This document shows, in pieces, positions 36,469 to 50,100 of a stretch of DNA of 64,000 nt. The stretch lies in the NCBI GenBank assembly GCA_044892505.1, contig CM097882.1, forward strand, positions 405,790,001 to 405,854,000, given 5' to 3'. Numbering within the stretch: the stretch's first letter is position 1; each line of letters starts with the position of its first letter. The position numbers and the translations under genes were made by a program. Below the pieces are notes generated by a model. The model was not told the DNA's origin, searched no databases, and saw only the letters and a list, made by a program, of their open reading frames with translations. The stretch comes from Schmidtea nova. Lineage: Eukaryota.

Positions 36469-38123
36469 ATGCAATCAGATACAAATCCTTCTCGAACAAT
36501 TAATTATGTGGGTATGATCAATAAATACACTTTAAACATCTACAAAACCCTACAGAATAAAATATGCACCGATGGAAATCCAGTCACCATCAGAAGTTTC
36601 CCAAATCAAGTGTGCATTACCAATGAAATGAAAGCGGAAATAGAAGAAAGAGAATAACATATTATCAAATTTAACGAGACTCGACGAACAAAACTAAAAG
36701 ATTTATTCGGAACCTTTGAGAAATACCCTAATGTCGATAAAGCGGTAAGTGAAGGAAAAAGGGTACCACACAGAATATTATTCCACGTGAAAAAGACCGA
36801 AGTATCAGTTTGCCAACAGAAAATACCAATAATCACAACAAGCAATTATTCAATAATCAGAAAAACAATCAGAAATAAAAGAAGCATGTCAGACGATTTC
36901 AATCACCTTACAATTTAAATGAAAAACCTACCATGTACCGTAGCAATCGAGGTACTCTTTATCCTTTTAATACCAAATCCATTTATTGAATTGCCGTCAA
37001 TCTCTTCAAAGATTCAATACGGTCAGAGCTGGTTAGAGGAAAAAGTCTATTTCACGCATAACGAACTATCTCCAGTAGAAAAGTACCGACTAATTATATT
37101 CCTAGATGCAAAATTTGCAGTCGATAAAAACGACAACATGCGACCAGTGGAAATATGCATAAGAAACTACAAAGGTGCGGTATTATACAACAAAAGGATA
37201 ACTCCAAAAGCAAAGATAAAAATCTTTTGCACATAAAAAACGATGATCACTAAAGAAAATATCATTGGAAACGAAGATGAGTACCAGGCCCTAGTGGATA
37301 TCTGAAAACGGTTATCTGGAAAAATAATCATAAGATTCGACATGATAGATAAATTTAAAATGTTAAGCCTTGGTCTGGACAACATCGCAGGAATGAGAGA
37401 AATGGCCAGAGATAAATTTATGTGTTCAATTGTCAAAAATGTATTAATGAAATTAAGCTATCTAACTTAGATTATAAAGAGATCAAATACCATAAAAAAT
37501 GGTACAAAGACAAGAGGCTTAACGAAGCATTACTAGAAAGTGAACCATTCTCTGCCAGAAAAACGACAACAATATTAAAAGTAATATATGGAATAGTAGA
37601 GGACAAATGGGAACCAATAATAAAATGGAATTCAGCAGCTTCAACACCGATTCTAAATAATACACGAATAACAGGTGACATCGAAATGGAAAAAGATACA
37701 CATCAAATGCAAAACAAAAAATCATTCTTGGAAGAGTTAGAAGAAAGCAAAGACGAAAGTATAATCATGAATCAACAGTCCGACATGGAAGAGACAATCC
37801 AAAATAATAGTGACGACGAGTAAATGATCACAAAAGAGGAAACACCACCAGAATGGCAACCAATGGTTAAAAAGGAACCGCAAATAGTGCAAAGATATAA
37901 ATAAGGAAAGAAAATATGCGATTTAGATTCGGACGACAAATATTTATCCCTCGAAGAAGACGAACAAAAAGAGCACGAAAATGAAATGGAGAATGCAAAT
38001 ATCGAGATAAGATCGGAAGACGAGCTAGGATCTGAACCAGATGTAGAAATGGATATAGAAGAGGAAGAGGAGCCTAGTTTCATAATAGGTGCTGATCAGA
38101 AGGAGATAACCGAAAAGCAATAA
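36469..38123 (+). pseudogene. Decayed ORF of about 550 codons with an ISG20/REX4-like DEDDh exonuclease fold and an acidic tail
   Basis: IIFLDAKF..RPVEICIRNYKGAVLYNKRITP..T(stop)KTMIT..LSGKIIIRFDMIDKFKML..MREMA..FSARKTTTILKVIYGIVEDKWE is colinear with REX4/ISG20L2 ([64 protein letters not shown]). Confidence 0.7.
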
Positions 38124-38420
38124 TGTACTCACTTCGGGAGATGAATTGAGGAGGATGATACCCTAAATCTAGCAATTAAGAAAAAGTTTAGAAAGGCAGT
38201 GATAAAATTAAAGATAAAGAAATTGAGATGGTTCTGAGCGAGAAAGGTAATGCGGACATTACCTTGACGGTTCTGGGAGGAATATTGGATGATCAGGGGA
38301 AGCCCATTCAGACATTCGTCCTGAATAAGTATTATAGAACGGGGCCTAACAGTTATAGAGTAAATATCTATGCGGAAGTTTAACCTGGGGACTCCCACAA
38401 CAGTAATTAATCTGTGCTTC

Positions 38421-39408
38421 TGTTAGGGATGGACCTTATGTCTTAACATAATCCTATAAAAAGAATAAATAATTAAATAAATGTAGATATAAATAGTAAT
38501 TATTAATTGTCATAAATAAGTATAAATATATAAATAGTAATTATTAATAAGTATAAATATATAAATAGTAATTATTAATAAGTATAAATATTATAAATAT
38601 ATAAATAGTGATTATTGAATGTTGTGGGTGAATGAAGTGTGAGTTTGGTAGTTGTGAGTTGTTTTCAAAAAAAATCAATTTTATTTGAGAGGGATCAGTT
38701 GCTGAGAGACCAGCTGTTGTGTGGCAGGAGAAAGATCAATTTTATTTAAGAGGAGTTAATTGCTGAAAGACCAGCTGTGAGATTAATCGTAAGATTGTTC
38801 AGTAGCTGCAGCTGTCGAAACCAGGACAATATTTAAGGAACGGAAAGGAATACCAGAATAAGTAAAGGCAGATCATTAGAAAAATTTTACGAAAGATTGT
38901 CAGAACAAATCAACTGAAAGAAGTGAAGTTACCGAATTAATTAAAAACAACAGAAAGACTATTCTCAAGCTTTTAAAGCATTTGGAAGATCCTTTACTAA
39001 CAAGTATTGTTGATTTTATTAATCAGTTAAATCAACTCTGGATTTTGTATTAGACAAATCCGTTTGTTGTTAAAATTAAATATTATAAAATCACCGTACG
39101 TCAATCGTCGGACAGATTGTACTTATCTGGGTAGCCCCAAAATCACTTTCTGACTTACCCCTCTGTTATTTTTAAACGGTGGGATCAATCAGTACCACCG
39201 GTCTCTTGATTGACCATAACTTCTGCGGTATTTAATACCATTATTTGTAAACCTTTTTTTAAATTTCTGTTCACATAATTATACAAAATAAAAGTATTTT
39301 TGAAGAGACTTTGTTTATTCGTTTATTCGATTGGAACACTTCCTTAATTAATTAATTATATTATTTGGAGTCAATTTTGTGTTAAGACCTTTATTTTTAT
39401 CCCCAACA
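38421..39408. mobile_element. Solo LTR (988 bp), TG...CA
   Basis: Imperfect inverted termini TGTT(A/G)GGGAT..GTCTTAACA; flanks CTTC/CTTT (4-bp TSD, one mismatch); 32-bp internal tandem repeats at 38490-38600. Confidence 0.6.
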
Positions 39409-39447
39409 CTTTTGTTTAATAAATATTTATAAATATTTGATTTATAT

Positions 39448-40456
39448 TGTATAGGTCTTAAAACTTCAAATGATCTCTTGTATATACATCAAACAATCCT
39501 CAATACATAAAATAATCCTCTCAATCAGATCAGCTCATCAAGATCCGTCCAAAAATCAATTCAAATCAGATCAACTCATCAAGACCCGTGCAAAAGACAT
39601 TCATTCTATATCTCAAATCTCTGTGTTGATAAACAATAATGTATATATTTGAAATAATCTTCATTTTATGAATTAACGGATTTTTTACTCTATATCATGA
39701 AGTTATATTTTATTATGTTATGTTATTATATTTGTGTTGCATATTATTCTTCATTACAATGTAATAATAAAAATATCAAAAATGAAAACATTTAAATAAA
39801 AAAATTGAACAGTTAATTATTAGGAAAAAGAATACATTAGTTAACTAAATAAAAACTAAATCCACTATTTAAAGGAAAATGAATATATTAGTTAAATAGA
39901 TAAAAAAGAGTAAATCCATTAATTAAATAAATAAATATTCCTTCTAAGTGTCTAAAGAAACAAAAAAAATCAGAACATGAGCCCAAAAATCATTTTAACT
40001 TTAGCGAAAAAAAGAAAAATTCCTTAGTTCTCAAGTCAATCTTGTGAACTAATTAAAACCCAGATCAGATTAAAATTAACAATATCTACAAAGCATTCAC
40101 AAGTATCATATAACACACACCTATTAAAGAAAACAAAATCAAGAGAATAAACAATATATATTTTTGAAAACTTAGTCATTGTGTGATTGGAATGACTCCA
40201 ATCTTGTGTAAAAATTTGGAAGTAAAAATTGGANNNNNNNNNNNNNNNNNNNNNNNNNNNNNNNNNNNNNNNNNNNNNNNNNNNNNNNNNNNNNNNNNNN
40301 NNNNNNNNNNNNNNNNNNNNNNNNNNNNNNNNNNNNNNNNNNNNNNNNNNNNNNNNNNNNNNNNNNNNNNNNNNNNNNNNNNNNNNTACTCTATTTATAT
40401 AAGAAACACCCCCAAGAGGTTGGGATTTCAAATAGCAAATATTTAAGACCTCAACA
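39448..40456. mobile_element. Solo LTR (about 1 kb, contains an N gap), TG...CA
   Basis: TGTATAGGTCTTAAA ... TTTAAGACCTCAACA with a perfect 4-bp TSD ATAT. Confidence 0.7.
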
Positions 40457-41439
40457 ATATTGTTGTAAAAATTTACCAATTATACGTATTATGTTGTAAA
40501 TTGTTTTGACTAGTTTTATATGAATTAGAAATAAACTCTCGAAATTAGATTTTGTTTTGCAATTAAATATTAGTTCTTTTGTTCTTTAAGCCGGTAAATT
40601 GCGAAAGTGAGTGACCAGCAAAAAAAGGATGAGAAAGGAAAGTTAAATGACCTTCTATCGGTTTTAAGAAACCAGCGAGAATGATAGAATTTGTAGAAGC
40701 TCACCTGCCGATTCACATTCGCCTGACCTATGCATTTCCAACGCAAGTACACAGGGTATTTACGGACATATATACAGTAATCATTTTATGTGTTGTGATG
40801 TGAACCTAGATAATCAAAGGTTAAATTAAAACGGAATTCAAAAAAATTTTAAAATAAAAATTACCACGCTCAACCAACATATGTTTGTTAATTTGTGGTA
40901 TACATAGTGCAATACATACATAGTATTTGAAACCTTTACATTTTTTATTTTATTTGTATTTTTATATACATTTATATATTATATTTTGTTTTGTTTGTTA
41001 ATACCTAAAATGCAATTACTTTTGCAATTAGTAAAAGTGATTGTTAATAATAAAAACTTATTTCGTGTTCCATTGATTGTTTTTTACCAAATGTCTGCGT
41101 CAAAAATTTTCCTAAGGTAATATAACTGGCTCAAACGTCTCTAGGGACATCTATTTTTAAAAATAACAACCGATAAGTTCGTTATAAAATTTTCAACAAA
41201 TCGAATTTTCTTAAAAATTAAAATAAAGATTAATCTTTATTTAATATCTATTATAATTTATATTAAAATATTTGAATTTGAATTATATAAATATAATATA
41301 TCATTATATAATCATTGATTTTTATTATATTATGTTTATCATAAAACGATTTTTAAAATGTTATCGATGGAATTTGTTTTACTAAATCTTTATTATATTT
41401 ATATATTTTATTCAAACATAGTTATAAAAGTCTAGGTAA

Positions 41440-42563
<1,124 letters not shown>

Positions 42564-43631
42564 ACAGTTTGAAAGCTTTAGTTTGGGATAGTTTAGATAT
42601 TTTTGAACCTGACTATAATTATTATATAAATTTAATGTGGTTTAGTTAAATAAATTTATTTGTCTCCTATGATTTATTTACTTTAATGAAATATTTATCA
42701 TTTTTATTGATTATATTATTGAACGTACTAATAATTTTTTTCTTTACATAAAAATTAATTAGTCTAGTTATAAATCTTTAAACTACTGATTTTTTAATGT
42801 CAAATTATTGTCGTGTTTTTAATATTGCTTTTTCATCGACCAATAAAAATTTAGGTGCATTAACTTGCACTTTATTCAATAAAAATTAACAATTTTTTAT
42901 TTGATATAAAAGCAAACTTTAAATATTTTACACTAAAATGTTTTTTTATTAAAGATTACAAACTGGAACTTGGCGTAAAAGATAATATTAGATGTATCCA
43001 AAATTTAAGTTTTGTAGTGTATACTTGTAGTATAACGCCAGACTTTGTAAATGTCTGCAAAAAGTATTTCGAGTGCAAAAGGTTATATCGTTTTCTAAAT
43101 TATTTTACATCAACCAATAACATTTCAGGTGCATTAATACCGATAGCAATTTTACAAATTATAAAAGGATAAACAATTATATTTTAAAATCTGTATTATT
43201 CTGTATTTTAAAATTATTTTGCATCAATCAATAAAAATCAGATTTGTACTTGTATCGTCAAAATTTTTAAAAATTCAAATTTGATTAACAATTTTATTTT
43301 TAAATCAGTTCAAATTTAAGTTAATTTATCCGAGATTTCATATAAAAACAAAATTACTGACCAAAAAATAAACAATGATAAAAACAAAAATTAAAAATTC
43401 AATTCACATAAAAGCTGAAATGGCCAAACACAGTTTAATATCAATAATAATAGAAAGCTGGCTGAAAAATTCAGCAAAGTTTTATAGATATATATATATA
43501 CAGAGAATAAATGACAAACTATATCTAGATGCCTTTCAGTGTAATATTTGATCATAAATATCGGGCAGTTTATTGCCAGAAGACTAGAGATCAAAATCAA
43601 ATGCTCAGCTCGGGTTTACTAGCGATGCAAA

Positions 43632-46600
43632 TTACAGTAGAATGTAAATCACAAACAGACTGAAAAACATAACAGGATAAAATTTTGTAATCGAAGACGT
43701 AGAATGGGGATTATTGAGAATCTGTCCGCGTGAATCGTAATCAACGACTCTTGGAATCCATATCTCACTCGGTATTTCTCCGGGTAAATCATTTGGCAAT
43801 AACACCGATTGACTGGTAACTTCAGCTGGGGCTAAGGTTGTTGTTTCTTGTTCAACTTTAGAAATAAATTCATTGGGTTTTCTTGGTGCTACTTCAACCT
43901 GTCCACTGCCTTCAGTAAAACTTGATTCATCATCAGGACGACCGCCTTTTGGAGGGTTAATTGGATCAGTAATAACAATTGGGACAACAGTAGTAGTTGC
44001 TTTTGTTGTAAATACTTTTAACGTTTTTGTTGATTTTTCTACCATATCAAACGATCCACTTCCCTGAAAATTAACATTTAAATAATAACATGAATCATTT
44101 CCACTGAAAATTCTCATTCAAATCTAGTGTAAATATTTGCATTATAAGAAAAGAATTTCCACAATTAGATCAGAAAATTTCTATTTTCAAATTATTAATT
44201 TTCAATATCATATACAGCAACGAATCTCAATCTTTTTCGTTGTTGTACCAAGTAAAAAAATATTTGTTGGTGTACCGAATAAATTGTTAGAAACGCATTT
44301 TGTTAATAAATTTAGTTGATTTAGTATTCATTTATTTTTGATTATTGTTTTTTTTCTCTACAAACATGTTCAAATTTCTTTCTTGTCTTCCACTGACTTA
44401 GAACCTCTGATATACAGTATAATTCATTTTTCCTACTTTTTCTACATCAAAATATATTTTTTACGACAAATTGAGGATTAAGGAATTTTTCAAAATGTAT
44501 ATTTTGATTACCATTATTCTTTTTTTCATTCTCTTGGAAGTTATACTTCTAGTAATCCATCTTTGTACGTCACTGACAAATAACAAAATTTGATTTTGTT
44601 ACAAAAAAATGATTTTAAGAACTAATGTTATTAATATAATATTATTTGATGTAATACAAAAGTCTTGCTAATTCTAAAAATGTGTTAACTATTTAAAATA
44701 TAAATTTATTCCTATTCAACACAACTTTTTACCACTGTTCCTTTTTCAAGTGTTTTTAACGATATAATAACACTTGAAAAGGGCAGTATCGAAATTTGTG
44801 TGGAATTGGAGAAAAAGAAATCTTTTTTGACATATCGTCTGAAAAAAGGAAAATAATAATTGGTATAATATGAAATACATTATTTCGTATACTGGTATTC
44901 CCATAATATTAAAGTTATTATATTATTTGAAAGATGACATGAAAGGAAAAATTACTTGTCGAATAATAGAGGACTTTTTTAAATGAATCAAAATTTTTTT
45001 GGTCCATCAAAGTGCTCAATTAATAGTAAAATTTATGTATGGTAAACTATCCGAATGAACCCCTAATGATTCGATTTAATTTTAAAATATGAACTGACTA
45101 ACTCATAAACACGGTTCCCTTGAAAGAGCCAAATAAATAATGAAGCAGAAATCTGCTGGAAATCACATAATAGATTTAATTGAAATTTCTGTTTAAACAA
45201 TTGAATAAAAAAATATTTTTCATATTCAAAACAAATTTTAATTTATTTTCTGAAAAAAGGAAATCAAAAAAGATCAAAGGTGAAAATTAAAATTTGTAAT
45301 CACGGTTAATATACATCCGCATTCTGAAACACAGAATAATCGCATAGATTTTCAGTAAATAAACTATTTATATACATATTAACAAAATTTATCATTGACT
45401 AATATGCAAATGTTTGATTCGCTGAATATTTTGTCTCTTTTGTGACAGCAAATATTATTATAAATATAATAAATTATAACCCGAAAACTCCACACTAAAC
45501 GACCATGCTACTGCACTATTCTCAGGACTTAAATTCTAAAAAAGAAACCGGATCATACGGAAAAGTGTCCATTTAATGTTATAAATTTAAGTGGTAGTCG
45601 ATATTAATCTTTAGAAGGATTCTCCTCATAATTTCTGCATTAAAATTTCCGAGATATTTTTATTTTTCGTTTCATAATATTTATTATTCAAAAAGACCTC
45701 ACACGTTACCTGTAAAATATCAATCAGTTAACTTGCAGTTTCCACTAGAAATATCCTCTTTTTATTTGCAATATAATATTAACAAATGTAAAATAAAGTG
45801 AATTTTAAATCTTTATCTAATTATATTTTATAATTTGTTTCTAAAAAATTGAATTTAACAGTTTTTTCTGGATACCTGAAGATGACAGAGTGTCGAAATA
45901 TATAGTTCTTATGGTATATATATATATATATAATTCTTTGTTAAATATTTTAAATCTGGAACTAATTTTCCATTGAACCGAAATCTAAATATCAGGAATA
46001 GTATACGAGTATCCTCCGGTATCCTATCATATAAAAGCAGAAATGGATCTACACACATTTTGTTAAATTTAAAATTTTAAAACAAATATTATATTTTATT
46101 TATTTTCAAATGTATCAAAAATTTGTATTTGAATGGAAAAATAAAACTATTTTTCAATAATCTGGAAATGAAATCAGAAAGAGATCAACAGTAAAGATTA
46201 AAGATTCTAGAACATTTTATTGTAAACTACCGTTAAATATTACCTCAATTTGGGGTTTCTTGGGTTCAGCAGGTTTTTGTGTTTTTTCATTCTCATTTTC
46301 ATTCTGATCAGTGGGTAAATCTTCATCGTCGGGAATCGGAGGTGATTTAGTTGTCTTTTCGGGTTTAGCAGTGTTGACATTATTCATCGGAAACTGTGGA
46401 AATGCCGGACGGCTTTTAGGAATTTGGTTGTCCGGTGTTTTAATTGCCCCACTGCCTTCAATTGTTTCATTTGGTTCTTTGATAGATTCTATAGTTGGTA
46501 ATTTCGGTTTACTTTTACTATTAGTATTTTCAATATCTACACCACCTTTCCCACTACCTTCAATTTGCTGACACATCAAAAAATAATTCCAATCACCATT

Positions 46601-47080
46601 TTAAATCCAATCTTACCTCCGAAATTCGAGATGGTCTCAATCGTGGAATTTCCGTTATTTTTGGTTTCTCCACGAATTTTATTTTAAAAGCGTCTGGATC
46701 GATAATTTTTTTAGACAGTATGTGATTAAGAATTGTCGTAATTTTTTGCAATTTCATTATTGACGTTTTCATTAATGGGCTGATTTCTAAATTCTTGTTG
46801 CCGCCTTTTTCTTTCATAATTGGTTTATATCTTAACAAAAAATAGGTTATTTACGAAAATCAATATAATATATTTTTCCTATTTATGATAATAATTTTTA
46901 TAAGTCTATTTGTCTAGAAGAGATTGTTTAAGTGTATAAATGAATGAAATGGATAAGTTGATTTTTATATTCCCAATATATATATTTATCAAACACCGCA
47001 TTATATTCTCATCAAAGAGGTTAGAACGGCATGTGAAATAAAAGAAAAATTATCTTAGAATAATTGGATTTTCTTTGCTT

Positions 47081-47137
<57 letters not shown>

Positions 47138-50100
47138 CCTCGCACAAATAAATAAAAAGAGATAAGAACGATTCAATGGACGGTATTAATATATGAAGAA
47201 AGTGTTACAAATTACAAAATTTTTTAACTTTTAACAACATATTTGCTTTTCAATTATTTTATTACTAATGACAAATGTAAATTTTTTTGTGTATTTTGTT
47301 AGTAATTTACAAAAAAATGTAATATTTTTCATAAAGAATGCTGTACGTTTAAAAAATATTTGAAATTTTTTTTCGGAATTCGAATATTTTTCCCAAATAA
47401 TTTAAATATGATGAAAATATGAAAAACTTATAGTTTTCTTTAATTGTTTTCATGTATAATAAAATGAAAATAATAAATAAAATGAAATAAACTCTAGCTA
47501 GTCTTTAAAATTGCGATTTTGTATCAAAATTAGAGTATTAACACAGAATTGAATGGGGAAGATCATTGCCAGTAAAAAGCATGATCGATGAATAAAATTG
47601 GCATTAAGAAAAATAAAGAGAATAATTAATTAAAAATTAAAAAAATCTCATTAAAATAACAAAGATAAGGACAAAAATATAAAAAGTTGGTTTTAATCAA
47701 TTAACGCGAGAAACATGGCACCATATTGGACACTAACATAAAAATAAATATTTAGAAAATAAATAATTTAAATATTAAAATAAATATACAAATTAAATTA
47801 TAAATATTTCTATTTACTTAACATAATGCGTAGGCGTAAAACAAAAATAGTATAAATAGACCTCCAAAAATCATTAACACACAAAAATATAAACCAATTT
47901 TGAACCTTAACGATTATTTTTGTGGACAGACGTTAAAGAAATTTTAAAATCCTTCTACCAGCCAGCATCAACATTATTCATTTTTGTGTAACGATTTGTG
48001 GACAGGAACCAGTGGGTACGCTTTGATATATTGTAATATTGTAACTATCAAGTTTTATTAAAATAAATATTTGAAGTACAAATTATGGTTTTGTTTTATA
48101 ATGCTGTCTCATTTGATTTCCATATTAAATTGATCGTAAGAGAGACTCTAAAGGCTACCCAACCCCGATGTACCCAATGCGTTCGAAAAACCGAACCGAA
48201 GAGTTGGAACGGGTTCTCAGACCATTGACTCATTAGATTATATAGATTGATAAGGGGGAAATGGAAATAAGGAGTAATTGCGAATAGAATTAGGAAGTAT
48301 TGGTGGGACGCTATTCAGATATTTTGGGAAAGAAATATATAACAAAGAAATGTTATATTAATTTAGCAGCTCAGAAATTTAAGAGGAACTTTAAAGCAGG
48401 GAGTAATTATGAGCGTAAATTCTTTATCGTCAGCAGGAACCCCGAAGAGAGAATACAGTGAGGATTAGTTTTAGCAACAAAGCTCATCTGTTCACTGAAT
48501 TCTCGCTCCACTGTGTACATTTCCAACATAGAGAACCAGAGAGTAACTATGGGTACACGAGTGAGGGAGTTTTAGCATTTTCATGATGGTGCGTGAGTTA
48601 CAGTAATCCCTAGTGACAACAATTTTTGACAACCCATATACTAACATTAGTTTTTTTCCCTACCTTTTATATTCTTAATTTGACTTTGAAATCTGTTCAA
48701 GCTTAATTAACTAAATAACTTTAATTGATTTTTAGTTTCGTATTCTACTCTACAACAACACTATTAATTATTTCTTTTGACGACAAAAAATAAAGATAAT
48801 TAATTATTATTTTGGGATTTAGCCAAATTCCAACATAATAATTAATTATTTTTTTTGTCTTTTTTCTTTTAATTCTCGTGAACTTTCTTTCCTAGGACTT
48901 TTTCCCTGTCTTTAATATATGTGAAATTTATTCCATTACACGTGCACTAATATTGATTGTTGAAGTTTATTACTGAAAACAGATTTTGACACTATCCTAA
49001 AAATAATACGACTCCCCAACTTTCAGTATAAGAACCTATAGGTCTAGAAACAACAAAACTTTCCATTTGATTCAGTTAAAAGTCGATCAGATGTTTCCTT
49101 TGATATTTTTTTCAATAAGATCTTTGAATATTCAATCAAAAAGTAACTTTCCTTTATTAGAGACCGAGACCTAGAAATTAGACATCTTATTGTACAACAA
49201 TTTTTTCATTGCAGTATATTTATTAATAGCAGCTATGTTTATTTATCCAAAATTTTCATTTCTTAATTTGATATTTATATTAAATTTATCGAAATTTAAA
49301 ATGTTTATACTAACTACCCAATAATTATTTTAGCTCTGACACTTTAATGTAACAAATATAATCGCTAATCTGTAAACTGAGGTGCCTTTATAGCGTATCT
49401 AGAATTAAAAGTGATATTAAAACGGAAAAATGATAACGTGTTGCGTAATATTTAAAATAGATAAATATTGCACAATTAATAATAATTGTGATTCCTACAA
49501 TCACCCATAGTATGTCACCGGATGATATTTGAGTCACCATTATTTATATTAAAAATACTAGAATTGCTTAACTTACCCAGTTGTGATTTCAGCTCCGTTC
49601 CAGCACTGATTTCCTTGTTTCGGTAATTTGAAGGTATTTGAACAAATCGTGTTCTTGTATTTTTGCAGGTGCAAAGTCATATCCTTCATCTGAAACAAAA
49701 AACATATAACTGCATTATTAAAGATTAATTATACGATTGAATATAAAATACTAAATTAATTTAGATTGTTATCCAAATATCAATTTAAATTTTTAAAGCT
49801 GAAACAAAGTACAAAATGAATTGATAAATCCATAAATATGATTGGGACATTGAATGACCAATAGAATTGTAATTAGAAGGCCACGATAACATCGATTGGG
49901 CACTTAGTTTTTACACTCAAATGCATAATTTCATTACTCTCTTCAAGCATATCTGCACAAATGCGGTATTGTAATTTGATTTACAATAATTATTTTTCCA
50001 GAGTTTTTTCAAATAGTTTAATATTGATAGTACAGCTTCGACCGCTTTTATCGACGAAAGGTGTCGCTCATGTCTAAGTGTCGCATTGTCATTATAATTT

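Noticed and set aside
40036-40479. ORFs spanning N gaps (also 61824-62027)
   Set aside because: Open only because Ns hide stops; this one lies within a solo LTR.
40570-40760. GC-richer patch with a CAG|GTGAGC donor on the minus strand (possible divergent first exon)
   Set aside because: No downstream exon or recognisable product could be linked.
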